From positions 64,001 through 128,000 of the forward strand of contig CAXXHG010000008.1 in the NCBI GenBank assembly GCA_963666315.2: DNA of 64,000 nucleotides, in the 5' to 3' direction. Under the pieces are notes generated by a model. The model made no database searches. It was given only the letters and a program-made list of their open reading frames with translations, and was not told where the DNA came from. Positions 30,036-38,806 of this stretch are shown here, one piece after another. Made by a program: the position numbers and the translations under genes. This DNA comes from Candidatus Binatia bacterium. Lineage in GTDB: Bacteria; Desulfobacterota; Binatia; Bin18. The first letter of the stretch is position 1. Each line of letters starts with the position of its first letter.

Positions 30036-30626
30036 ATGCGCGTTCGCTACGGCATGGTGCATGGGCGATTCCAACCATTTCACCGTGGTCATCTACACTA
30101 CACGCTCGCCGCGTTTAAGCGCAGCGAGCATCTCATCGTGGGCATCACGAACCCCGATCCGTCAGTGATCTGTGAAGAGGGCGCCGATGCCGACCGACAT
30201 CGGCCCGAGGCAAATCCGTTCACCTTTTTTGAACGGCAATGGATGATACACGCGGCTTTAGCCGAGGCTAGTCTTGATCTGAAGCGCGTGTCTATCGTGC
30301 CTTTTCCCATTCATCATCCAGACCGTTGGATTCATTACTGTCCAAAAGAGACTCTCCAGTTTATCCGTGTGTTTTCCGAATGGGAGAACGAAAAAGTTTC
30401 TCGCTTCCAGCAGGCTGGATGGCCGGTTGAAATCCTCGACGCGGGAGCAACAAAAGGGGCCAGTGGGAGCCGGGTCCGTCGTTGTTTAGCGCAAGGATCA
30501 GGCTGGGAGGACCTGGTCCCACCCGGAGTCGCGAGCGTCCTGTTGGAAATTGGCGCATCAGCTCGACTCAAACGGCTCACACAGCTCGCAACAGACTCAG
30601 CACGAAAAGCGCAACGTTCTGGATGA
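30036..30626 (+). CDS. HxGH nucleotidyltransferase (NMN adenylyltransferase NadM-like)
   Basis: HGRFQPFHRGH, VGITNPD, NPFTFFER, SGSRVR, WEDLVP. Confidence 0.82.
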   Translation: MRVRYGMVHGRFQPFHRGHLHYTLAAFKRSEHLIVGITNPDPSVICEEGADADRHRPEANPFTFFERQWMIHAALAEASLDLKRVSIVPFPIHHPDRWIHYCPKETLQFIRVFSEWENEKVSRFQQAGWPVEILDAGATKGASGSRVRRCLAQGSGWEDLVPPGVASVLLEIGASARLKRLTQLATDSARKAQRSG

Positions 30627-31981
30627 ACATCCTCTTCATAATTCTTGACGGTCTGGCTGATCGCCCGCAGCGCGCCTTAGGTGGAAAAACGCCACTGGAA
30701 GCCGCACGCGCGCCACATCTCGACCAGCTTGCCGCACTCGGCACCACGGGCTTGTTGACTCCGCTGGCACCTGGGGTACCGCTGGAGAGTGAGACCTCGC
30801 ATTTCATCCTTTTTGGTTACCCCTTGGAGCAATTCCCCGGACGGGCTGCTTTCGAAGCCATAGGTCGGGGTTTTGAGGTCCCTCCTCAGTCCGTCGTTTT
30901 GTTGGCGAGTTTTGCCCAAACAACGCGCATCGACGGGAAAATCCGCAGAGACGCTTTATTATGGGAAAAACGACAGGATGGAGATGAACAGGCATGTATT
31001 GTCCTGAGTGCCGACCTGGCTGCGTTTGAAACACAAGGGATTACGTTTTCCCTCACCGCATGCGGACGGTGCGAAGCGATTCTGACCCTGTCCGGCTATC
31101 CCAGCCGGGATATTACGGATGTTGATCCTTTTTATAACGATGCCTACGTTGCCCGCGCACAACCGTGGGCCGAATCGCCTCATCCACATAATGCACAACG
31201 CACCGCAATTGCGCTGAATGCCTATCTGGCGTGGGTGTACCAGCGTCTGCAAGCGCACCCGCTTAATCGAGACCGGCAAGCGTGTGGCCAGGCTCCCATA
31301 AATTTTTTGCTCACCAAGTGGGCGGCGGTGCGACCGGACGTAACACCGTTTCAGGAGCAAAACGGCCTGCGTGCGGCGAGTGTTGAAAACTATCCGCTCT
31401 ACGTGGGGATTGCCCGCGTGTGTGGCATGACTTCTGTCTCAACAGGTCACAATCCGGACGTGGCTGAAGATTTTCAGAACAAGTTGAAGACGGCGGACAA
31501 GCTGTTTGAGCAGGGCTACGAATTTGTGCATGTACATGCCAAAGGGCCAGATGTGGCCGCGCATAAAAAAGACCCTATTGGCAAAATGAAAGCCATCCAG
31601 ACGCTCGATTCAGTGCTCGGTCGGGTTGTTGAGCACGTCAAAAATAAATCCGACCTGCTCGTTGTTGTAACCGGTGATCATGCCACCCCGAGTAGCGGGA
31701 GGCTCATCCATTCGGGCGAAGCCCTTCCCATCCTGATTGTCGGAGGACCAAATGTCTTGTCTGATGATGTTTCCACGTTTCACGAACGCGCAGTCATGCA
31801 AGGCGGACTAGGACACATTCGCGGGACGGATGTTATGCCGCTGCTGCTCAATCTGACCGATCGGGTGCGTTTATACGGCGTGCGGCATCAGAAAGAGGCC
31901 CGACCATATTGGCAATGGCAGCCCGAGCCGTTCGTGGTTGAAGAGTCCCAATGCCAAGACGGCCAAGACGGTATTGTTTGA
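30623..31981 (+). CDS. ApgM-like 2,3-BPG-independent phosphoglycerate mutase / alkaline phosphatase superfamily
   Basis: ILDGLAD, KTPLEAA, HAKGPDVAAH, TGDHATP, HSGE. ATGA-coupled to the upstream gene. Confidence 0.85.
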   Translation: MNILFIILDGLADRPQRALGGKTPLEAARAPHLDQLAALGTTGLLTPLAPGVPLESETSHFILFGYPLEQFPGRAAFEAIGRGFEVPPQSVVLLASFAQTTRIDGKIRRDALLWEKRQDGDEQACIVLSADLAAFETQGITFSLTACGRCEAILTLSGYPSRDITDVDPFYNDAYVARAQPWAESPHPHNAQRTAIALNAYLAWVYQRLQAHPLNRDRQACGQAPINFLLTKWAAVRPDVTPFQEQNGLRAASVENYPLYVGIARVCGMTSVSTGHNPDVAEDFQNKLKTADKLFEQGYEFVHVHAKGPDVAAHKKDPIGKMKAIQTLDSVLGRVVEHVKNKSDLLVVVTGDHATPSSGRLIHSGEALPILIVGGPNVLSDDVSTFHERAVMQGGLGHIRGTDVMPLLLNLTDRVRLYGVRHQKEARPYWQWQPEPFVVEESQCQDGQDGIV

Positions 31982-32033
31982 GGTTTTCATTACGCCTCTT
32001 CCAACCATGCAAATTGAAAGATACAATTGCAAT

Positions 32034-32195
32034 ATGGATGGTTTAATACCGAGACAAGTGAGCGCCCAGATCACCGAAAGCCTCATGGACTTCCCGGCTG
32101 TAGCCCTTCTCGGGCCACGTCAATATGGCAAGACCACTCTGTCCTGTGAGGCGGTTACAAACTGCTTCACGAACTCTCAGCGTTTCTCGAACTGA
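32034..32195 (+). pseudogene. N-terminal remnant of an AAA_14/DUF4143-type ATPase
   Basis: IPR..FPAVALLGPRQYGKTTL Walker A, then the frame stops about 17 codons later. Confidence 0.65.
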
Positions 32196-32366
32196 CCCGC
32201 ACTGAAAAGTAGATCCTTGGCCTTCTGATCCATCTGCTGTGGAGTGCGGCTTTCTTCTTGTTGCACCATAGCCTAACCAAGATGGGCGTGCCTGTCGATC
32301 TGATGCCTTTCTTCGGCCCTGCCTTGTCAGAACCTGTCTATATGTGAGAATACAGACGCTACAGTG

Positions 32367-32389
32367 TTGAGGCACACAACGTGCCTCAA
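32367..32389. promoter_or_regulatory. Perfect 9-bp inverted repeat just upstream of the LLM operon RBS
   Basis: TTGAGGCAC-ACAAC-GTGCCTCAA. Confidence 0.45.
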
Positions 32390-32406
32390 AAGAAAAGGAT
32401 AGACTC

Positions 32407-33522
32407 ATGACCCAACCACTGCGCTTTGGGACCTATGTTGAATTCCAGTGTCCTCCGGGCAAAGACCACGCCGAACTCATCGAAGAGGTCCTCCAGCTAG
32501 GCCAGCATGCCGATCAAAATGGATTCTCGGTTTTTACGACGCTCGAACACCCATTCTTTGAGCAGTTCGCCATTAACCCGAATCCGTTAGCTTTGTTCTG
32601 CACCCTGGCAGAGCGGACCAAGCAGATTCGCTTCCGCACCCTGTGTCATACCCTGTCGCTGCATAATCCGATGATTCTTGCGGGTGAGATTGCCGAAGTC
32701 GATATTTTGACCAAAGGTCGCATTGAGTGCGGTGTGGGGCGTGGGCATGCCTGGCTCAACGAGCCGGCCAATATTGTTATGGAAGAGAATCAAGAACGCT
32801 ATGTGGAGGCGCTTGAGATTCTGATCAAAGCCTGGACTGAAGAACGTTTCTCGTATGACGGGAAATACTACCAAGTCAAAGACCTGTCTGTTGTCCCTAA
32901 GCCCTTCCAGAAGCCCCATCCCAAGATCTTCCAGGTTGGGACAAGTGCCAAATGGTTCAAAATGGCTGCCCAAAGAGAGTGGGGCGTGTGCATAGGTGGG
33001 CCGGCGCCAACGTCCGTTTTCCGTGAACCTGCCAAGCTCTACCACCAGGCGTGCAGAGAAGCGGGGAAGTCGCCGTATCTCGGCTGGGTGAAGGCCATCT
33101 ATATTGACGAAGATGAGCAGACGGCTTTACGTGAGGCAGAACAGCCGGTACGGAATTTCGTGGACTTCAATGTATCGCCTATGGACTCCCTGGCCCGCGA
33201 TACACCCGTAGAAAAACAACGCCTGATTGATGCCGGCTATGGCTTTTATGCGGCAGACACTTTTCCCAGTCTGCGTAATTTGTCATATCCGGAACTGATT
33301 GACGCAGGCATTGTCTTTGTGGGCTCACCCCAGACGGTCGGGAAACAGTTGCTTGATCTGTGGAAAGAATTTCGGTTCGATGAAATGATTGTGATTAGCC
33401 ACTACGGTGGTATTGCTAAAGACAAGGCGCTCAAAACGCAGGATCTGTTTGCCAAAAAAGTAATGCCCATGATTCTGGCTGCAGTCCGGAAGGAAAGCGG
33501 CTCGCTTTCGGCCGCTGTGTAG
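32407..33522 (+). CDS. LLM-class flavin-dependent monooxygenase
   Basis: LEHPF, PNPL..LAERTKQIR, LHNP..AGE, KGRIECGVGRG, PKPFQKPHP, VGSP. Confidence 0.9.
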   Translation: MTQPLRFGTYVEFQCPPGKDHAELIEEVLQLGQHADQNGFSVFTTLEHPFFEQFAINPNPLALFCTLAERTKQIRFRTLCHTLSLHNPMILAGEIAEVDILTKGRIECGVGRGHAWLNEPANIVMEENQERYVEALEILIKAWTEERFSYDGKYYQVKDLSVVPKPFQKPHPKIFQVGTSAKWFKMAAQREWGVCIGGPAPTSVFREPAKLYHQACREAGKSPYLGWVKAIYIDEDEQTALREAEQPVRNFVDFNVSPMDSLARDTPVEKQRLIDAGYGFYAADTFPSLRNLSYPELIDAGIVFVGSPQTVGKQLLDLWKEFRFDEMIVISHYGGIAKDKALKTQDLFAKKVMPMILAAVRKESGSLSAAV

Positions 33523-33548
33523 ATTGCTGAAACCGAACCGGAGGGAAT

Positions 33549-34775
33549 ATGGCAACCGCTATTTTTGATGTCAATAAGCGTTGGTCGGAAGAATACCCTG
33601 AGTTGGGCACCGATCCGGTACCCACAGAACCATGTATTTCTGCCGAATATTTTGAGCTGGAACGCGAACGCGTCTTCCGCAAAGTCTGGCTGTATGTCGG
33701 TCGTCAGGAAGAAATTCCTAATCCGGGCGACTATATGGTCCGTGATCTGAAAGCCTGCCGCACCTCCGTTATTTTTGTGCGCGGTCAAGACGGGGAAATC
33801 CGTGGCTTCCATAATATTTGCTCACACCGTGGCAATAAGCTCGCCTGGGACGAGGCTGGCAGCTGCCAGAACTTTTCGTGCAAATTCCACGGCTGGGTGT
33901 ATGATACCGCCGGACAATTAGTCGGCGTACCCGACGAAGAATTTTTCCACAATTTTGACAAAGCCGATAACGGACTCGTTCCTGTCGCAACCGAGCTGTG
34001 GCAAGGCTTCCTGTTCGCCAATGTCGATCCTCGGCGGTCTCAGTCGCTGGATGACTATCTGGGTGCATGGGGGAAGCGCATGAGTGGCTTTCCGTACGGA
34101 GAGCTGACCGCGCGGTATGCTTATAAGACTGAGCTCAAGTGCAACTGGAAAGTCGCCTTAGACGCGTTTTCTGAAGGCTACCACGTGAATGTGATCCATG
34201 GTCAATCCTATCCGGACACGTTTACGGGGAAAAACAACCCCATGTGTCATCTGCCCGAAGTCCGCTTCTACGGACCGCATCGCTCGTGCATAGTGTATGG
34301 CAATCCAAATCACAAACCCAGCCCGGCGGCAGCTATTGCCTATCGATTTGGTGAATCCGTTACCAAACGTTCCGGCTCTCAAGATCAGCTTCCTGCCGAG
34401 GTGAATCCTACCCGCAGCGCTGAATTTGGTTTTGACTTGGATGTGATCTTTCCTAATCTGTTGCTGCATATCCTGCCCGGCATGTGGTTCACGCATCAGT
34501 TCTGGCCGTTGGCTGTAGATCGGACCCTCTGGGAAGGACGGGCCTACTGGCCACCGGCCAAAACCCCGGGCGAGCGTTTTGCCCAGGAGTTTAATAACAC
34601 GGTGCTGCGCAATGCCTGGCTGGAAGACACGGCTACGATGGAAGCCACCCAGGAGGCATTGTCCTCGGGGGTCAAAACACACTTCTACCTCCAAGATCAA
34701 GAGATCTTAATTCGCCACAGTTATAAAGTGCTCGAAGACTACGTCGGCTTCTACACGCAAAACGGAAACGCCTAG
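33549..34775 (+). CDS. Rieske non-heme iron oxygenase alpha subunit
   Basis: CSHRG..CKFHGW Rieske motif, NWK..EGYH...IH mononuclear Fe site, ED...E..Q. Confidence 0.95.
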   Translation: MATAIFDVNKRWSEEYPELGTDPVPTEPCISAEYFELERERVFRKVWLYVGRQEEIPNPGDYMVRDLKACRTSVIFVRGQDGEIRGFHNICSHRGNKLAWDEAGSCQNFSCKFHGWVYDTAGQLVGVPDEEFFHNFDKADNGLVPVATELWQGFLFANVDPRRSQSLDDYLGAWGKRMSGFPYGELTARYAYKTELKCNWKVALDAFSEGYHVNVIHGQSYPDTFTGKNNPMCHLPEVRFYGPHRSCIVYGNPNHKPSPAAAIAYRFGESVTKRSGSQDQLPAEVNPTRSAEFGFDLDVIFPNLLLHILPGMWFTHQFWPLAVDRTLWEGRAYWPPAKTPGERFAQEFNNTVLRNAWLEDTATMEATQEALSSGVKTHFYLQDQEILIRHSYKVLEDYVGFYTQNGNA

Positions 34776-34785
34776 GGAAGAGTCT

Positions 34786-35130
34786 ATGGGCACAACACGT
34801 TTACCACAGCCTTTTGCTGACCTGGAAGTTTTTGTTGCGGATTGGTCACTCGCCACGCAGCGCGAACGCGAGCAAAAACGTGCGGCGAGCACAGCCGAGG
34901 AACTCAAACTGGTGTACCGGATCCTGCTGCCTCGGTTAGACCCAATGCTGGAGTATCTCAACCAATACTCTCTGGATAAGCTGCCCGCAGATGCCCAACG
35001 TCTCTTCTATCTGACGTTGTCTTTTGCCGAGATCGCACCCTTCGTTGAATGTTATAAGGGTGAGCCGAGAGTCCTGAATAGTTTTGAAGAGACGCGCTTT
35101 ATTGCCGTCCATGCCGACCGGCTAGCGTAA
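34786..35130 (+). CDS. Small helical hypothetical protein of a Rieske-associated type
   Basis: LPQPFADLE..W.LATQRER..R...RLFYLTLSFAE, tightly spaced in the operon. Confidence 0.7.
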   Translation: MGTTRLPQPFADLEVFVADWSLATQREREQKRAASTAEELKLVYRILLPRLDPMLEYLNQYSLDKLPADAQRLFYLTLSFAEIAPFVECYKGEPRVLNSFEETRFIAVHADRLA

Positions 35131-35144
35131 AGACGGAGAGTACC

Positions 35145-35645
35145 ATGGCTGCTGTTGACGTCCAACAACTTGCGGCGCGCGTGCAGCGCTTAGAAGACAT
35201 TGAGGCCATCAAACTCCTGGTCGTGCGCTATGCCCAAGGGGCAGACCGAGGCAATGATACCGACATCATGATCCCGTTGTTCGCGGATGATGGGGTGTGG
35301 GATGGTGGGGAACGCTTTGGTGTCTACACAGGAAAAGAAGCGATTCGTCAGTTTCTCTCTGAGTCCGGCTCGTTTATCGGCTGGACGCTGCATTATATGG
35401 TCTCGCCCGCGGTAGAAGTTGATCCTCACGGAAAAACGGCCACAGCCTTTTGGTATTTGTGGGAGACGGCCACTATGCCGAACGCGGAAACTGGAGAAGA
35501 TGACGCCTTTTGGATCGGGGGCACCTATGAGAGCGAACTGACCAAACAGCCTGATGGTTCGTGGAAGTTCGCCCGGGTTGCACTGACGCTCAAGCTGCTG
35601 AGTCCCTACAAAGAAGGCTGGGCAAAAAAGCAGATGCCCGACTAA
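35145..35645 (+). CDS. SnoaL_4 / NTF2-like protein
   Basis: RLEDIEAIK..Y...D, LFADDGVW, H, Y...W.F pattern. Confidence 0.85.
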   Translation: MAAVDVQQLAARVQRLEDIEAIKLLVVRYAQGADRGNDTDIMIPLFADDGVWDGGERFGVYTGKEAIRQFLSESGSFIGWTLHYMVSPAVEVDPHGKTATAFWYLWETATMPNAETGEDDAFWIGGTYESELTKQPDGSWKFARVALTLKLLSPYKEGWAKKQMPD

Positions 35646-35676
35646 TGGACCTCAAATGGAGGGGGAATCAAAAACC

Positions 35677-36801
35677 ATGAGTATCGAAACTGCGGCATAT
35701 ATATCGATTGACCGTTCCAAAACGCTCCAAGAAGAACCGGCGAGTGGCCATAATCGTTGGCATCCTGACATTACCCCCGTCGCCGAGGTCGAACCCGGCC
35801 CAGTCATAGGGTTGGAAACGCGGGATGCATTCGACGGATTTATTCACCCCACAACAACGGCCGAGGATTTACGAAATGCCAATCTTGGGGTTGTCCATCC
35901 CCTCACCGGTCCGGTCTACGTCAAGGGTGCGGAGCCAGGTGATTTGCTGGAGGTCACGATTGTTGAAGTTGAGCCCCAGCCGTTTGGTTTCACTGCGCAA
36001 CTGCCTGGATTCGGTTTTTTGCGCGACGTATTTACCGAACCGTATATCGTCCGCTGGACTATCGAAAACGGCGGTGCGACGTCGGACGATTTGCCTGGAG
36101 TGCGTATTCCCGGTGCACCGTTCATGGGGGTGATCGGCCTGGCCCCCTCGCATGAGCTGCTGGAGCAGATTAATAAACGCGAGGCGGATTTAGCCGGGCG
36201 CGGCGGCGTCGTCTTACTGCCCGAGGCGAAATATGCAATTCCGACGGATGCGGGCATTGCCTCCAACGCCATGCGAACCATCGCTCCGCATGAGACCGGC
36301 GGAAATGTTGATATCAAGCAACTGACCAAAGGCACGACCATACGCTTCCCCGTGTTTACGCCGGGCGGGTTGTTCTCCGTCGGTGATGCACACTTTGCTC
36401 AAGGCGATGGTGAGAGCTGCGGCACTGCGGTTGAGATGGCGGCCACGTGTTATTGTTCGTTCAAGGTTCTCAAAGGAATGGCGGCAAAACACAATATTCA
36501 GGATATTCAGTTCTATCGCGAAGATTATTTTACTGCGCCAGAGATGGCGGTTCCCAAGCGTTTTTTTGCAACAACGGGGCAGTCCTACACCCGTGAAGGC
36601 GTTGCGCATTCAGAAGATGCTACGCTCGCCGCACGGAACGCTTTGCTGAATATGATCGACCATTTGGTTGACGAGCGCCGCTATACTCGCCAACAGGCAT
36701 ATGCCATCTGCAGCGTAGCCGTGGATCTCAAGGTCAGTGAACTCGTCGATGTTCCCAACTTCCTGGTCTCTGCATTTTTACCGCTCGATATTTTTGTGTG
36801 A
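35677..36801 (+). CDS. Acetamidase/formamidase (FmdA/AmdA) family protein
   Basis: HNRWHPDI, HPLTGP, GGNVD, GDAHFAQGDGE, AVE. Start is 35677 or 35656. Confidence 0.92.
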   Translation: MSIETAAYISIDRSKTLQEEPASGHNRWHPDITPVAEVEPGPVIGLETRDAFDGFIHPTTTAEDLRNANLGVVHPLTGPVYVKGAEPGDLLEVTIVEVEPQPFGFTAQLPGFGFLRDVFTEPYIVRWTIENGGATSDDLPGVRIPGAPFMGVIGLAPSHELLEQINKREADLAGRGGVVLLPEAKYAIPTDAGIASNAMRTIAPHETGGNVDIKQLTKGTTIRFPVFTPGGLFSVGDAHFAQGDGESCGTAVEMAATCYCSFKVLKGMAAKHNIQDIQFYREDYFTAPEMAVPKRFFATTGQSYTREGVAHSEDATLAARNALLNMIDHLVDERRYTRQQAYAICSVAVDLKVSELVDVPNFLVSAFLPLDIFV

Positions 36802-36816
36802 GCAGGCCAGTCTCCT

Positions 36817-37479
36817 GTGAAAAAAATTCGTCACGACTTCATGAAAACGGCTCGTGACCGAGCCAAGGCGGCCATCGAAGCCGGACAAACGAGAGAGACG
36901 CTGAAGGCGGTCGACGAAATTTGGGAAGAGGGTCGTCCGATCCACGATCTGTACGGCGACATGTCTGCCGTATTTCTCGACTACATCAAAGAAAAACTCG
37001 GCGAAGAGGCGGTTGAGGAAGCCTGGCGTTACGTAGGCGAAAAACTGTGGCGCCCTGTGCTGGAAGCCCATCGAGATAAAGATCCGGCCCTGCTGGCTGA
37101 AACGTATGCCATGTTCCTACGCTCTCACGGCTATGATTTCACATGCGAAGAAGACGATGAGAAGTTTCAGTTCTTGCTGCACTACTGCCCGAGCGGAGGC
37201 CGTATGCTGCAAGAGGGCATGGGTGAAATGTCAACGCGCCATCCGACTCAGCTGGGTGTGACCAAGAAGCCGCAACAATGGAGTTTCGATAAAAAAGACG
37301 TGCTGTACTACTGCGCGCATACCAAGCTGTGGTGTGACACCCAGCCTCGCGAATGGGGCATGGATCTGTTTCAAGCAGAGTATGGCGAGTTCAACGAGAA
37401 GGGCGAAGTGGTGGGGCGTCCGTGTGCCGTGACGATTTATAAAAAGTTGCAGAGTACTGATTCATCCAGTAATGCGTGA
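36817..37479 (+). CDS. Hypothetical protein, possible V4R/ligand-binding fold with Cys/His cluster
   Basis: GEEAVEEAWR, CPSGGR, YYCAH, RPC. Confidence 0.6.
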   Translation: MKKIRHDFMKTARDRAKAAIEAGQTRETLKAVDEIWEEGRPIHDLYGDMSAVFLDYIKEKLGEEAVEEAWRYVGEKLWRPVLEAHRDKDPALLAETYAMFLRSHGYDFTCEEDDEKFQFLLHYCPSGGRMLQEGMGEMSTRHPTQLGVTKKPQQWSFDKKDVLYYCAHTKLWCDTQPREWGMDLFQAEYGEFNEKGEVVGRPCAVTIYKKLQSTDSSSNA

Positions 37480-37557
37480 AAAAGGAACGATTCTGAAAAA
37501 GGTCTTTGTTCAGATATTCGGCCCGGGTATCCTCAGCAATAGAGAGACGTAAAGACT

Positions 37558-38238
37558 ATGGCAAAAGGCGACCATGTCACTGTCCGACGTGGCTGGTATA
37601 CGCACCACGCCATCGATCTAGGAGACGGCTATGTCGTCCAATACGGGCGAGGCCTATCGGATGGGGTGACGGCGTCCGTCCACGTCACGTCTGGCGCAAG
37701 ATTCTCCAAAGGCCGCTTGACTGAGGTCCACTCTTCCCCCACTTCCTTTGATGCCGATGAGATCGCCCTCCGGGCGTTGAATTGTGTCGGTGAACAGGAA
37801 TATCACATTCTGTGGAATAACTGCGAGCATTTCGTCAATTGGTGTCGGACGGGCAAACGCGAAAGTTCGCAGGTTGATTGGTTTATCGAAAACGCTTCTG
37901 ACGTTGTCTCAAAAATTGTGGTGAGCGTGGTCACCACCGGTGCGGCCAAACTTGCAGTAAAAGCCTCAGCGAAGCTTTCAAGCAAAGCTGCCAGCAGAGC
38001 GGCAACCACGCCCTGGCTGATTGCGGCTGATGCTGCGCAGTTTATTGCTGAATCCACTGCCTCAGCTCTGGGCCGAGATAAGAACGAAGCGAAACGCACA
38101 GGCCAAGCTGTTGGCGTTGGTGCGTCCGCTGGAATTGGGGCTCTCACCGCTGGTCCTGTCGGAGCTGCTATTGCGGTCGGCATGTGGGCAATGGGTGAAG
38201 TGGTTGGAAAAGTTCTCTCTTCCCGAGAGCGTGAATAG
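37558..38238 (+). CDS. LRAT-domain (permuted NlpC/P60) protein with Gly/Ala-rich hydrophobic C-terminus
   Basis: KGDH, YTHHAI, Y.ILWNNCEHF..WC.TG. Confidence 0.85.
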   Translation: MAKGDHVTVRRGWYTHHAIDLGDGYVVQYGRGLSDGVTASVHVTSGARFSKGRLTEVHSSPTSFDADEIALRALNCVGEQEYHILWNNCEHFVNWCRTGKRESSQVDWFIENASDVVSKIVVSVVTTGAAKLAVKASAKLSSKAASRAATTPWLIAADAAQFIAESTASALGRDKNEAKRTGQAVGVGASAGIGALTAGPVGAAIAVGMWAMGEVVGKVLSSRERE

Positions 38239-38391
38239 TCTCACTTCTCAATACACCAAGTTTCCTCCCGAGAGTCCTATAAATATCTCGCGCTCCCGTG
38301 ATGCCTTATATTGGCGGTTGCATGAGTCCGGAGCGCGGGGGATGCCGATCTGTTCATAAAAGACGTATGGGGGTTGAGGCGGGGAGGCAGA

Positions 38392-38793
38392 GTGCTAAAG
38401 AAGAAAAAAATTCATACCATAGACAGTTTTATTATTAAAAAATCTCCGGGTCGTGGAAAAGGCGTGTTTGCCAAAACCATCATCAAGAAAGGTGAAACCA
38501 TAGGCTACTATGTTGGCGATATTCTCCGTGACTGGCATGCGAACCGAGAACCCTATGTGTCGTCGCTCTACTTGATGAGGGTCTGCAAAGACCATTGGAT
38601 TAATGCCGTTGGCTCCAAGGCGAACTACACGCGTTATATTAATCACAGCTTCAAGGCGAACGCGGAGTTGATTATCTCAACTCGTTGGAAGACGGCTCGC
38701 ATTGAAAGCCTGCGGACGATCAAACCAGGCCAAGAAATTTTCTATAGCTACGGCGACGAATATTGGGAGGCTCTGGAGACCGATCCTGTGTGA
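38392..38793 (+). CDS. SET-domain protein-lysine methyltransferase
   Basis: GKGVFA, RYINHS, GQEIFYSYG. No post-SET cysteines. Confidence 0.9.
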   Translation: MLKKKKIHTIDSFIIKKSPGRGKGVFAKTIIKKGETIGYYVGDILRDWHANREPYVSSLYLMRVCKDHWINAVGSKANYTRYINHSFKANAELIISTRWKTARIESLRTIKPGQEIFYSYGDEYWEALETDPV

Positions 38794-38806
38794 GTACGGA
38801 AGTGAG

